A stretch of DNA of 64,000 bases from Podarcis melisellensis (taxonomy: Eukaryota). The notes under the pieces are model-generated. The model was not told the DNA's origin, ran no database searches, and was given only the letters and a program-made list of their open reading frames with translations. Every line of letters begins with the position of its first letter. The stretch's first letter is position 1. This document shows positions 36,809 to 50,384 of the stretch, piece after piece. The stretch lies in the NCBI GenBank assembly GCA_964234715.1, contig OZ174280.1. One strand, written 5' to 3'. Position numbers and translations under genes: made by a program.

Positions 36809-39559
36809 ATCTAAACGCTAACCTAGCTCTTGGGGATTCTCCAAGTGAAAGGGTTCACTTTTAACATCTGTCTTTTTCAGTGCTTATTCAAGCTTGCCCC
36901 TTTTCTTATCTCCATGCTGTCTCCCAGCCTAGGACCTTAGAGAGCGGTTTCAGATGAGTGCTAGCAGGTAGCACTTTCTCAGGCCCAGCAGCAATGCTGT
37001 GTGTGGGTATTGTCGCTCTGGACTTTGACCTCGTGGATTTGGGGAGCTCAATGCTTCAAAAGGTTTCCACATCTTCTGAAGGGCAAGCAATACGGGGGGG
37101 GGGGTATCTATTTGGTGCCTTGTTATGACCTGCAGGGCCTGGCAGCTTAGTGGTACATATCATCCTCACCTTTCATGTTTGCATACTACATAAAAGCATA
37201 TTCATTCACTGCCTCCAAAGCTTTTGCAATTGGCAGCAGAATCAGCAATATGTGAGTCTCCAGGCCCTATGTGTTCTGGGGAATTGGCACAGACTACCTT
37301 TTCCATAGGAAACTTCCCTTGCACTCTCCCAGTTTCTGCACTGCTCAATAGAAAGTGCCCTGAAGCCCAGGTATATTAGAGACCTCTCATCCCATTTTGC
37401 AGACAGTGGGTCTTGGGATGTGGCCTGCCTGGTAAAGATATATTCTAAACCAGCTGTTCTTCCTTTGTAGCACTTGTATTAAGGGGGTCTCCTTAATTTC
37501 CCAGCAACTGAGGGAGCCACTGGGCACTGCCAGCAGTAAATGAATTTCCAGGTTGTAAGCGTGTTCGTGACATTAATGAGAAGCGAGTGATGCCAGAAGA
37601 AAGACTCTCTTATCTGGTTTAGTGCCATCGTGCATCAGCTTCAGCATAAAATTTACAGAGCTTGAAAATGGGGCATAAACATTATGGGTAAATTTGGCAG
37701 AAAATGTGAGTGACTCTTATCTGGTCATGAATAAATAATTTTCAATTACCAGTTTGGGCTTTGCTATTAAACCCTAGGATAGAGTACTTGAAAGTTTGTT
37801 TTCTGTTTGAACATAAACACTGTAGTCTCCCGAGTTGGGCAGGAAAAGGGTGACATTTGCTGAAGAAGCAGTTGGACACAGCCAGGCCTGTGCTGCCATT
37901 TGCTATATTAGCTGTCACTTGGGTGAGGCAGCTTACCAGTAAGCCAGACAACAGACCTTCCTTCTTGAGCACATACTTCTGTGACCTCAGGAGAACCAGG
38001 ATCCCAGCTACCTGTAGCTCCTCTACAGACTTCCCCAACTGCCCAGGAAGTTGCTTCTGACCTTAAGCAGTGATTCTGAAGTGGAAGAAGTTGTACCCCA
38101 GCAGTTCTAGGGTGCACTTAAATCTCTTATCTAGGAATGTTTACTAAGCCCACCCATTAAAATATCCTCAATTAACAGGCGGAACACCAATGATTTCTAA
38201 TTAGGGTGTTGTTCCATGTCCTCCATTCCCTAGAAACACACACAGCTAATAATTGAGGTTACCATTACTTGACAGGTCCAGATGATCCTCATTCATTCTC
38301 CCTTGTAGAGGTTCTGTTGTAGCCAGGCTTTAGTTGGGAAGGAAAAATAGGGAGAGGCAGAATAGGAAGCAGAGTGCAAGGGACGGTTGGGTGGATAGGT
38401 GAAGCAGGAGGTGGAGAGGAATAGCAGCAGACACACATTGAATTTAGTTTTTAAAATATGGAAGATTTGGGCAAAGGAACAAGACATCTTCCCTGTCACC
38501 TCTCTCCACCATGGAATAGAGGAGCAAGTCTATGCAGAGAGCAATTTACATGCAGGAAAATATGTTAGTGCTTCCCACTAATGCATCTTAGTCAAATGGG
38601 AGTGGGAAAATTCATCCTTGCTGTGTGGACTGCCCGCAGCGCAGTTATAGACAGGAAGTACACTTCCAGGTCTTGGGCTTTGACAAAGAGAAAGAACTAG
38701 ATGAAAATATAGTTTATAGCTTGATGCATCTCTCACATATTTGGCACCTTCCCAGCAAAGCAGGCCAATCCTACTTCAGCAGAGAGCAGCATTTTCAGCT
38801 ATCCTTTAGAGGGGCTCCTTCTAGCAGGCATACACAGGCATTTCTTCGGGGCCTGGAGAAGCCCCAAAATGTCCATTCCGTGGCTCCGTTTGACTCTTTT
38901 CTCTTGCTAGACTTTTTTTTGGTTCAAACTGGCTGTCTCAGTTGTCCTTACTCTGTCCCCACTTAGAGGATCTTCTCCCCTCCTGCTGTCTGCTGGAGAG
39001 GACATTGCCAGTGACCGTCATGGCAGGAACCCTGGCAGATTCCCAAGCAGAGGATGATAGACTGTGGCCAGGCTTCCCACATTCACCACTGAGGGGGAGG
39101 AAAGATCAGTACATTTGTCTACAGACACCAATCTTCTCAAAGAGCAGGGAAAGGACAGAAAATTACAGGGGAAGAAATTGCTTTTGAATAGACCATTTCT
39201 CTCTGTTGCACTCCCCTTGCCCATTAACATTCTTGTTCCTTATTCCTACCTTTGAGCACCAAGCATCTTGTCTTTCCTTGTTTCCTACCAGACCATCCAG
39301 TATTACTGGCCTTTTGCAGAACAAAGTAGAGGGTCAAACAAAAATACCTACTTGCTTTGTAAACCTCAGCCAAATGCAGTAAAGGTGTTTTGCATTTCTA
39401 CACTACTCAGAGTGGGTCCACACCAGCCACTGGCTCCTAGCAGGGGCAATTTGAGTAAGGCGAGAAAACCAGGCTCTGAGGTATCTTAGGGGCATATGTG
39501 GAGCCTATTGATAACTTCACCCCCAAACACTGACCCATTATTCCTTTTTCTCATTGCAG

Positions 39560-39679
39560 GTGAAGTGTGACCAGTACTGGCCAGGCCGTGGTACAGAGAC
39601 CTATGGACTGATCCAGGTGACATTGCTGGACACAGTTGAACTTGCCACGTACACAGTTCGGACATTCGCCCTCTACAAG
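39560..39679 (+). CDS. PTPRF: Exon, PTP D1 ([16 protein letters not shown]...TFALYK)
   Basis: ttgcAG / GTAAAG; 120 nt; KCxxYWP motif. Confidence 0.96.
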
Positions 39680-41007
39680 GTAAAGGAGGAAGGAAAGTGT
39701 GGGCAGCCAAGGTCTTGCAAGAGCGCCCAGGAAGTATCTTTCCCAGAGAGTTACATGAAAGTGCAAGGACTTATACTGACTCTTTCACAGATGCTTGAAG
39801 TGAGAGAACCCATCATCAAATACAGGCTGAAGTGGAAGAGCCATCTACACACATTTCACTCCCAGCCCAGTCTTGCCTTATTCTGCCAAGGACCTTATTC
39901 TTTGTGCATCTTGGCCTTTCAGTGAAGGCCAAACCATGTGTTCTCATTGTGCTGGTGAACTAACCTGAAGGTTACAATGGCCTGAGGAATTCCGTCTATC
40001 TATACAGCTATTAGCCATGGCTCTCAAAGCAGCTGATAAAATACAGCAAAAAACAAATCACAGTGGGCAGCCAAAAATTCAGCATGAAACAAAAATAGAA
40101 CAGAACAGATTGTGAACATATTGTGAAAGGAAGTGTATGGAATGAATGAGGAACCACCAGTCAGGTGCCACGTGCAGCCCTGAAGCCTCCAAATCTAACC
40201 CACAGCCTCCCCTCTTCAGTGTCACACACACACCCAGCAGCAATTGGGCTTGAAACAGCCTTTCATCTGAGCAGACAATAGTCTGTTTTGAAGCCTTAAT
40301 GTGTGTGGGGGGGGGGGTATGAGTGTGCAGAGTTAGAGAGGAAATAATTAACCCTCCCTTTCCCAGGTATTGAGGCCCCACCACCCAAAGTTGCCCCCTC
40401 CCCACAGAAAGCAGCCTTCTATTGGCTCAAACGAGAGGCTGTTTCCAAGAGCAATATTTGTTGAGATTGCAGCTGGGGAGGGAAGAATTAACTGTCCCCT
40501 CCCAATCTGCAATCACCATAAAGGTTGCCTCTTTCCCCTCTGGGAATTAGGCTTTCCCCCCCAAGCCTAATTACTTGTAGGGTGGGAGGAGGTGAGTATT
40601 AACGTCTGTGTGTGCCATGTAGGATAGTAGTATGTATTTGCTGTGTGTATGGACACTTGAGAGTATAGTCCTCTCTAGATGTTCAGAATGTGGCTGTATG
40701 CGCAGGGAGCAGCTACAGTCACAAAAGGCTGCTTACTTCACACAGTCCTCTTCCACAAGTTGGAAGGCATTAAATTTTACCAATTGAAGAGAGCTTTTGT
40801 CATCTATCCCTCTGTTTTGGCCCACCCACCATAGGGCTGTGGCCATGAGGCAGTGCAGCCCTTGGGCTGAAACAAAGGGTTTCCCATCCCTGGTGTACAG
40901 TTATCCTGAGCCCTGATGTGTCTGAAGGCATGGGATTTCTAAACCAGAGAAAAAGCCCACTGTCCACTGTACCACCACTAGCTGGCATATTTTGGCTTCT
41001 TCCATAG

Positions 41008-41162
41008 AATGGGTCCAGTGAAAAGCGGGAGCTGCGGCAGTTCCAGTTTATGGCTTGGCCTGACCATGGGGTGCCGGAGTACCCTACCCCAATCTTAGCC
41101 TTCCTGAGAAGAGTGAAAGCCTGCAACCCCCCTGATGCTGGGCCAGTGGTTGTACATTGCAG
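41008..41162 (+). CDS. PTPRF: Exon, PTP D1 WPD loop to catalytic Cys ([23 protein letters not shown]...PVVVHC)
   Basis: ccatAG / GTAAGG; 155 nt, phase 0 to 2. Confidence 0.96.
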
Positions 41163-41447
41163 GTAAGGACTAGCAGTATAAAGGAATGGGAAGGGCCTGC
41201 CAGTCGCTGTATTTTGGCAGGGGTGCACCTGTTGGGATTTACAGTCAGCCTGGCGCCGCTGCTGCTGCTGCAAGAGCAGTGAAATCAGCATTATAGCCCT
41301 CTGCTAGCATAAGCAGCACTTTGAAGTCAGTGCCCATCATCACAACACTTAATTCACCATTTTTACCTGAGAAGCAACAACAATATTTTAAAAATTAAAA
41401 CAGTATGAGAAGCAACATTTCAGAGGGGAATTCTGCATATTTATTTT

Positions 41448-41545
41448 ATATTTATTTTATTGCATTTCTATCCTACTTTTTCCTCCAAGGATCTCAAGGT
41501 GGGGTACATGGTTTTTCCTCTCTCCATTTTATCCTCACAACAACC
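41448..41545 (-). mobile_element. SINE 3' tail fragment (MIR/L2-tailed type)
   Basis: tttattttattgcatttctatcctac...caaggtggggtaca...ccattttatcctcacaacaacc. Confidence 0.5.
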
Positions 41546-42607
41546 AATGGCAATAATATTGATGACAGAAACCCACAAATCCATCTCACATAAAATGCAA
41601 GCATACTTTAGCATCCATAAAATGTGCAATTATTACTCTGTTATTGACTTGCTTCTATTTCCCCCCTGTACCTGAAGGCTTAGGCTAGCTATAACATATT
41701 AAAATGAACCTTCAAGGTAGAATATGTAACTGAACCACACAGCAAGATGAAATATCCCAGCACCATGCATACACATTTCAGGAAACTGTTATGCCTAATC
41801 TAAACTTACAGCTCAAACATTCATATTCTGCTAACAAGTATGTGCATTCAGAACATGAAAACATATGGGACACCATTCTGCACAAACATACATATGCCAT
41901 CTATTTACAGAGCATGACACACCATCTGCATGTGCACTCATATAATCTCTTGCTGCACTTCAGGATGGAAAGAAATGACTGCTTCAGCCACAAACATTAG
42001 TTCACTAGGAATCAGCATCTTATCTGGCCAGTGATTTATCTCTTGTAGCTGAGTGGGAACTATTACTGAACAAACCACTTCATCACTGCAGCTCTCACGA
42101 ACTCCTTAGAAACGGTATTTAATGCTCTCCCTTCATGCTCTGGTTCAGATGGGAGTGGTGTATAATTAACACACGCTCTCTCCCTATTAAAACCCTGTTA
42201 GGAATTTGACATGAGCAGCGGCAAGGAGATGTCCTGCTGTAGAATTCTTAGCTGCCAGACATCACATTTGTTGTTTGTTGGCATGTTTTTGGTTGTGCTG
42301 GTTTGTGCACTGGGAGCAGGACCAAGTTACACACTTCAAAAAGCCTCCACCAAGGAAGATTTGGGTTTGCTGGTTTTGTAAGAAGGAACATTACTCAGAA
42401 AGTGTGTACAGGGTGGGGGCAGAGAGACCATAGTGCAGAATCCTCATTCCATTTGCTCTATTCAGGTGTGTCAACCTTCCTCTCTGAGGGTTCTTCGGAG
42501 AAAGTGTGAACTTGAGGATTAGCAGTGGGTTGGAGCAGGGCTTGGTGAAGGCTTAGAACTGACTCTAAAGGAAGTACTATTTCATGTTTTGTGCCATGCT
42601 TTTACAG

Positions 42608-42893
42608 CGCCGGTGTGGGCAGGACAGGCTGCTTCATTGTAATCGATGCCATGCTTGAGAGGATGAAGCATGAGAAGACAGTGGACATCTATGGGCATGT
42701 GACATGCATGCGCTCACAAAGAAACTATATGGTGCAGACTGAGGATCAGTATATCTTCATCCACGAGGCCTTGCTTGAAGCAGCCACCTGTGGAAACACT
42801 GAGGTGCCTGCACGCAACCTCTTTGCTCACATCCAGAAGCTGAGTCAGGTACCTCCGGGTGAGAGTGTCACAGCAATGGAACTGGAGTTTAAG
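42608..42893 (+). CDS. PTPRF: Exon, PTP D1 P-loop/Q-loop and linker ([16 protein letters not shown]...MELEFK)
   Basis: ttacAG / GTGAG; 286 nt, phase 2 to 0. Confidence 0.96.
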
Positions 42894-44908
42894 GTGAGCA
42901 GAAGAGCATTTGCAATTTTTCCACATGTCAACACACAGAGTGATCAAGGGGCTGCTCAGCTGGAACTGGCACCCCTGCCTGTCATCCCCCACAGATCTGT
43001 GAGCAACTATGAAGAGTCGATTCTTGGGTTGAAGGGAGATTTTCTAGGGATAATGATTCTTTTGTAAATTTCTAAACCAGGTAGGAAGTGATTAAAATAT
43101 ATTTGCATTGCAGAGTGAGTGTCCTCGACATTTCCCTCCTAGAACGGCAGCTTCTGGCAAGGATATAAAAAAGCAGATTGATATGAAGTTCTCAGCAACA
43201 TTGCTTTGCAGAGTGGCTGGCGCTGCATCCAAAATCAGATGCAGATTGGGCATTAGTGGTAATTGATGTCACTATGAACAACTTCGCTGGAAATGCTTCT
43301 AGTTTAAATACTTGAGATGTCAACAGCTCCAGTGCCCCCTGCCTTGCTCCACTTGTACTTCTCCCTAGTATGGAGGAGGAGAGAGGGAGGGCCACCGTCA
43401 GGCTTAGCTGGCATATTGCCTGGTGCAATTTAAGGAAGTAAAGTCCCCTGGTTGTCACAATTGTCTTTGCTTGCCAGCACCAACACCCACACTTGTGTCG
43501 GCTTCACACCAATTTTTTCTTACAGCCTTGATACAGGCTGCAATTTTTGCTAATGCCCACATTCTCCAATGATGTGCATTTGTACAGCAAAGGCTGGGGG
43601 GGGGGGAATAGTTCCTGTGGGGAAGCAGTGAAGCATGTAGAGTGTGAAACAGACTGCGGAAGCCCCGCTCTACCCTGGGAATAGCCTCTTGCAAAACAGC
43701 AGCCATGGAGTCAAAATATTGACTTGCTGTGGAAACGGCACAAAGCAAAACAGCCTTGCCTCTTTGCTCTGAACACTGCTCACACTGGAGGTTTTTTGGG
43801 GGTGGGGATTGGACAAGGCTCTCACCTCCACCTGCACCTATTCCCAATCCCCAATACTTCCCCAAAGGAGAAGTGAACAAGTGGGGGGTGCCATGCTGCT
43901 GCTCCTGGATTCTGACATCACTGCTCAATGAACATGAGAGAGGTAATGGCAGCAAGCAAGAGCAGCTGCTGTCACTACTTGCTAGATGGCTTGCTTTGCC
44001 CACCACTGGCTTGCTGTCCTCTGCGGGTGAGTGAGCAGAGTGGTAACAGCCTCGCAATGAGAAGAGGAGGAGTTACTGCCGCTTGCTTACTCACTCCAGA
44101 AGAGCCAAGGGGCAAGCAGGTGGCAGTGGATGCTGCTCTTTCTTTGCGGCCGCCACCACTCCCAAGAGAGATGATAGAGGAGACTGGTTGAATTGATACT
44201 GGTGAGGAGAGTGAACAGCTGTCACTCAGTGGTAGTGGGAACTAGGCCTAGCCTGCTCCCATTGCCAACCAGAGGGAAAGGCAGACATGGAAGCAGGTGG
44301 CAGCGTCTGCTTCTTACTGCTGATGCTTATTGCCTGGAAAGTGGAGGCAAGTAGGCAGTGATAATGAGGAGGAACAACAGGCCTCTGGCAGTCAGTAGTA
44401 GACCTCAACAGATGTCAGCAGCTCAGATTGCAGCCCTGTTTCTGAAAGCAACTTGGTTGTATGTGCCATGCCATACATCAGAGCAGGAGCCACGGAGTGA
44501 AAGAAGTGGATGGGTAGAGCTGCAGTAAGAATTAAGGGGGAAAGGAGTGGAAAGTCAGCTACATGGAGCAAAACAGATTCCTAAGTCCTCATACAATTAG
44601 AAAGAAACTGGGCAGAACATCCATAAAGGGTCCCCTAACTCTTTCTGGTAGAGAATGTAAAAAATGGTCCTTTTCCTGCCAAGCAAGGAAGCTGTCCTGC
44701 AAGGAGATGAAGCTACTAGGCTAAACAAGGGCTTATCTCCTGGAGCTGTGGAATTAGCACTGAGCAGCTGGGAATGGGTGGTATTTATAGAGGTCCTGTT
44801 GGCCGCAGCTCTTCTTAGAGCTGCTAAGAAGTATACATGGGGCTTGCTTTCTCCATCTGAGTAGGTCTAATGAATGGGAGACACTGCTGGGCTCAACCTG
44901 AGTTTCAA

Positions 44909-44910
<2 letters not shown>

Positions 44911-44994
<84 letters not shown>
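44911..44994. repeat. Compound (CT)n(CA)n microsatellite
   Basis: Direct read. Confidence 0.95.
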
Positions 44995-44995
<1 letters not shown>

Positions 44996-45866
44996 GCAAG
45001 GTCCTAGAGGAGGGGATGTCCCAATATTAAAGTCCCCTTGAGCTGGATGTTTTCTAAGAAGCAGCCTCTGAAGATAGGGAGCTGTGGAGTTTAACCCAGT
45101 TGTGTTAAAAACCACCAGAGAGTCCCACTCCCCTTCTTCGTCAGAGGTTTGGGTCCTGATGAGTGCTAACAAACGTCTTAAAATACCAATCTCACAAATT
45201 TTGGTATTCTCTGCAATGTCCTGTGCTGAGGCTCCCTCTAAGTATAGGATATTTCAGCCATGGGCCAGAAGTCCCCAGCATGAGACAGAAGGCAAGGGTT
45301 GCTCAGAAGAGCAAGGTACATGCTTCTAAGCAGGTCAGGAATGATGTTAGAATGAGTGTTAGTAAGGTGCTAATGAGTAAAAGCAAATAACAAGAGCTCC
45401 CAGGGGAAGAATACTATAGATAGAGTGCCTATCTAAGACACACACACACGGGCCTATGTTTTTAGGTGTACATGTAAGATGTTTAGTGTTAACTTGAAGA
45501 ACAGGGTACGCTCATCATGGAGTTGTGACTGGCTATAGATCCTTGCTGAGCTTGTCTCTGCATCATGGGCAAAATGACCCTGCTCTGGCTGAAAAGACAT
45601 CCTCCCAGGGTCTTGGCTCCTCAGGACCTTTGCCAGGGTAGGCAGGAATTTTCTTCCTTTTCAAGGCTGCTGGAATGCCCCCTATATTTCATCTGGGCAG
45701 AGGGGCTGCTTTAGCCCAGCTTCCTGCATCTTTTGTTACCTCAGTCATTATTCTATGTGGCAGAGTGAATAAATGTGTGTACATCATATGGGAGCTGCTC
45801 CTCCCAGAGTAGTTACAACTTCTGTGTGCCCCTGTCCCCCTCTAATCTGTACTTCTCCCCTAACAG

Positions 45867-46045
45867 CTCCTCGCCAACTCTAAAGCACATACCTCACGAT
45901 TCATCAGTGCCAACCTCCCCTGCAACAAATTCAAAAACCGCCTGGTGAATATTATGCCCTATGAGCTGACACGGGTTTGCCTGCAGCCAATCCGAGGCGT
46001 CGAGGGCTCAGATTACATCAATGCCAGCTTTGTAGATGGCTATAG
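45867..46045 (+). CDS. PTPRF: Exon, PTP D2 start ([33 protein letters not shown]...[12 protein letters not shown])
   Basis: ctaacAG / GTAATG; 179 nt, phase 0 to 2; not in the ORF track. Confidence 0.96.
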
Positions 46046-47890
46046 GTAATGTAGTCATTCTAAACAAGAGTTTAAACTCTCCTCCTGTGATGTTGCTGTG
46101 CTGCTGCTTCTCTGTGTTCTTTTTTCTTTACTTTTCTTTTTTTTAAAAATTGATGCTATTATATGGTATCAGTAGAAATCATAACATTAACCACATCCTA
46201 AATATTTCAACATTTCATTAATATATTAAAATAATTTTAAACTGAAGCTTACATCCTTAAATAGGCATCTTAGAATTATCATCTGAAATCTAATAAATTG
46301 CTAAAATAGTTATGTTCAATATTTAGTTATAAATATATTTATAGTATATAAATTACTTTTAAATTTGAATGTAAGCTGGACAGCTCTGTCTTTCAATAAG
46401 AGCACAGACAGTAGCCTTTCATTAGCAAACATGGGGCTTTTTTCAAGCTGCCTATTCCCCAGAGCCTGGGATCCTGATAGAAGTTACCTTTTCCCTCTCA
46501 GGCTTTATTAGCCTGGGGGTGACAGGTACTGGCTCCTGCATCCTCAGCTTTTCATTAGCCAAGATACTGCTGGGAACCAACTGTACAGTTCACCTCCCAC
46601 AATGGGATTGTCTTGCAAAGATGTTCACAGTGCTGCAATAACAGCAACTGAAATGCATCCTGTCACTTGAAAGCAAAGAAACAGTGGGAAGAGCAAATCT
46701 GCCTCCAAAATGGACTTGGGGATCCTTGAGGAGGGCTGCACCTTCTACATGGGGGCAAAGGAAGCATTGTCCTATAACTTACTCCCTGCCCCCATCTCTG
46801 AGACACCCCATGAGGCTACAAAAACAGCTGTGAATTGGTAGTGCAAAAGATATCTTAGGAGAGCATTTGAGTGGCAGAGGTCCAGCAACATGGGGAGGCT
46901 TTTCAGTGCAAAACAGGAGCCTGATGCCAGGCCTCTAGGCTGCTGTGCTGGAAACAGAAGAGCAGATGAGGTCCTGGCCACTTATCTGCTTCAAATTTCA
47001 AGTGCCCAGAGTGTGTTAGAGCTGCCACCTCCATGTGTCTGTTGCTGCAAGAGAGCTGCTAAGGTTGGGAGGGGGCGCTGGCAAAAATGTGTGCCAAAGC
47101 AGCAGGTGGTAGCATTTCATGTCCTACCTAAACCGTCCCTGCAGGCCCCTGTTTATCTCTTCCCGTCCTTCCCTTTGAAGTGAGCAATCGTTCTCCACTT
47201 TATCTAAAGAGATCAATTGGCCCAAGGAGCTACAGACGGCTCTGAAGCTGCATCTTTATTAGCGCCTTTGTTTCTGCCACCTCACCTCCCCCCGCCCCAC
47301 TCCTGCCTTTTATGATGTCTTATAAATCCACCTTGGAACAGCTTCCATCTCTGTCCCACACATTACAGCTGTCCTACAACAGATTCATTAATTTTTAGCA
47401 CCAGTGGAGAGATTAAATGAGAGTGGATAAGGCTGAGAGCCTAAGACTACATTCAAGGATCTGTAGTGCCCCATAGTGGTAGAATACAGATGGCACAGAT
47501 TCTCTTTTCAATTTTCTGACTTATTTTCCTACATATCACTGGGGAAACAGGATTCACTGTCTTCACTGGTAGCATATGTCAGGGTCTGTGTATGTATTTG
47601 CTAACTACTGTCTAATTTCTGTGAAGTCAGCAAGGTAGCTAGAGTTTTGCAGTGACAGAAATTCCACCCTTTGGGGTCATGTACAACACGCATACTGTGT
47701 TTCCTGCACACCTCAAAGGAACTCACACAATTTTACAAAAAGCTTATTGTAGAGTTGTAGCACTACTCTGGTATTATATTTCACCCCACATGTGCATTTT
47801 AGAAGATCCAACTGGTGTAATAACATTAGTTACTCCAACTTATATAATATGCCTCTTCTCACATTGAGTAACTTTGGCTAATTTCTTAGT

Positions 47891-47974
47891 TGTTGTTTAG
47901 TCGTTTAGTCGTGTCCGACTCTTCGTGACCCCATGGACCAGAGCATGCCAGGCACTTCTGTCTTCCACTGCCTC
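47891..47974 (-). mobile_element. Very short 5'-truncated Bov-B LINE 3' end
   Basis: Reverse complement of about 63480-63563; flanked by TCTTAGT direct repeats at 47884-47890 and 47973-47979. Confidence 0.85.
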
Positions 47975-48237
47975 TTAGTACCTTTGTGTTAATACTCTAC
48001 TTTCATCAAGGGAGCTCTGATAGCCTTATTGATCTCATAGTGGAACAGGTGGTTGTGGGCAAGGACTGCAGAAGGAAGCAGCTAGATGCTATCAGAGATC
48101 CAGATGTGTGGCAGAAGTCCTCCTCTCCTCCCCCAGCAAGCCCTTTATCTAGTTCTCTAGACCTAACTGCTAAGCATCTCCTTTCCATCCCAGAAGTGTC
48201 AGTCATCTACCACTCTGAAATGTTTGATTCCTTGCAG

Positions 48238-48364
48238 GCAGCAAAAGGCCTACATTGCCACACAGGGACCCCTTGCTGAAACTACAGAGGATTTCTGGAG
48301 GATGCTGTGGGAGCACAACTCTACCATTGTGGTGATGCTGACCAAATTGCGAGAGATGGGGCGG
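48238..48364 (+). CDS. PTPRF: Exon, PTP D2 ([42 protein letters not shown])
   Basis: ttgcAG / GTAAGC; 127 nt, phase 2 to 0. Confidence 0.96.
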
Positions 48365-49279
48365 GTAAGCTAGCACCCTCAGCTACCAAGTGATGTCTAT
48401 TCTGGGGCTGTTTCTCCAGTGAGATTCCAGATGTACGGCCCAGTCTTGGGAGCAAATATTTTGCTTTCATTCTCCTAATGCTAGAGGGGACTGCAGTCAC
48501 TGCTAAAGGTGAAACTCATTGCACTGAAGTCTTCAGACTGTAACTGTTTTGTGGGAGGGATTCAGTTGCATACGAGTAAATTTAGGTTTGTGCTATTGAA
48601 GTGAATTAAAACTCTTGCACAACAACAAAAATGACTTTTTTGTGCTGATGGGAAAATGCACCATGGGAAATGCTGCACATGAAGTCAAATAACCTCTCCA
48701 CAAACAAATCAGGTGATTGCTGAATAAACAGTGAACATTGTATAACCACCTTGTCAGCTTTATTTAAATAAATCAGAATGTGTGCTCAATAAGCACGCAA
48801 TCTGCAGGAGTCGTCCATCTCCAGCTACATGGCTGACTAGCTCTGCTGGGACCCAGTTGGTGAACAAGTATCCTCTGCAGCCATCAATGTACTTGATCCC
48901 TCTGGCCCACTCAAACTTTAAGAGGAGCTAGCAGCTTCAGGTTTCTTGCTTTGCCGAGAGCCAGCAAAAAAGGGGCATTTGGGCTAGAACTGAGGTTTTC
49001 TACCTAGTAACTTGGCATGGAAGAGCAGGCTGATTGCTAATCAGGAAGTCATGGGAAATGGAGGTGTGCAGGAGCAAGGGGAGTCTAATCAATCATATCA
49101 TGGCAGGAGGGAAGAAATAGATCAGTGTCTTGCTGCGCATATTAGAGCATGGAGTTGTGTGGGTATTGTACTACCCAACAGGACAAGATGTCAAAAGGCA
49201 CCTCACTCTAAAATATTCAAGCTTCAGTCACATCACACATTTTGACTGTAACAATTCTGACTCTTCCTTTGCTTTTCAG

Positions 49280-49405
49280 GAGAAATGCCACCAGTACTGG
49301 CCAGCAGAGCGTTCTGCTCGGTACCAGTACTTTGTGGTGGATCCCATGGCTGAATACAACATGCCCCAGTACATTCTGCGTGAGTTCAAGGTCACTGATG
49401 CCAGG
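49280..49405 (+). CDS. PTPRF: Exon, PTP D2 ([42 protein letters not shown])
   Basis: ttttcAG / GTGAGT; 126 nt. Confidence 0.96.
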
Positions 49406-49791
49406 GTGAGTACCACACAGCCTACCCTGAATTCCCCAATATTTATTTCCCATTACTGCTCAGAAATTGCAAGTAGCACAGGACAGAAGGGCTTTATCTT
49501 CAACGTGCATCTGATTGTCCATTGCTTTATCACCCTCTGCATTGGTGTTACTGTGTGTCAAGTGGCTGAGACATCTGGAAAGCAGAAGCAAGGATTTCAG
49601 TTGTGTTTATATCTACTACACCCTGCTATATAAAACAAAATACTCACTAAGGGGCAAAAGAAATCTGCTTAGGTCGGCTGGGCCTCCCCTCCTCAAGGCT
49701 TTTCTGGTACCAGTAGGAAAGGCCTGACCATGAAGGCTGCCATGTGTTTTGAGAGGATGCAGTGACTATATCTCCCTTTAACCACAACTAG

Positions 49792-49946
49792 GATGGACAG
49801 TCAAGAACCATCCGGCAGTTCCAGTTCACGGACTGGCCTGAGCAGGGAGTACCAAAAACTGGAGAGGGCTTCATTGACTTCATTGGGCAAGTTCATAAAA
49901 CCAAGGAGCAGTTTGGCCAGGATGGGCCCATCACTGTACACTGCAG
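49792..49946 (+). CDS. PTPRF: Exon, PTP D2 WPE loop to Cys ([21 protein letters not shown]...PITVHC)
   Basis: aactAG / GTAAGC; 155 nt, phase 0 to 2. Confidence 0.96.
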
Positions 49947-50248
49947 GTAAGCTCTGCTGTTTGCTTGTCCATGGAAGCTGGCTAGGTGCTGTGTGCCAGT
50001 GGTGAGGAGGCTGGGGTCATCAGGGAAATCTAGATTACTACTGCAGAGATGGCCTCACCTTTCTAGGTATAGAAGCCATTTCCTTGGTAAAAGGCAGGGG
50101 AAATCTCTGCTTTATAGTTTTGAGCACACAAAAACATTGTGGCACTTGTAGAGAGATATTTTAGCTTTTGGGAAAGCTTCTTTTGATCTTTGTGATCTTT
50201 TGATGCTTCAATTCCCTTTCACTGTGTCTCTTTCTCTCTTATGTGCAG

Positions 50249-50384
50249 TGCGGGGGTTGGACGCACAGGGGTGTTCATCACATTAAGCATTGTACTGGAG
50301 CGCATGCGCTATGAGGGCGTAGTTGACATGTTCCAGACTGTGAAGACCTTGAGGACACAACGACCAGCCATGGTGCAAACAGAG
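50249..50384 (+). CDS. PTPRF: Exon, PTP D2 P-loop ([46 protein letters not shown])
   Basis: gtgcAG / GTAAAC; 136 nt, phase 2 to 0. Confidence 0.96.

Noticed and set aside
43455-44057. 200-aa minus-strand intronic ORF
   Set aside because: Low-complexity Ser/Cys/Leu-rich composition, no domain, no supporting exon structure seen
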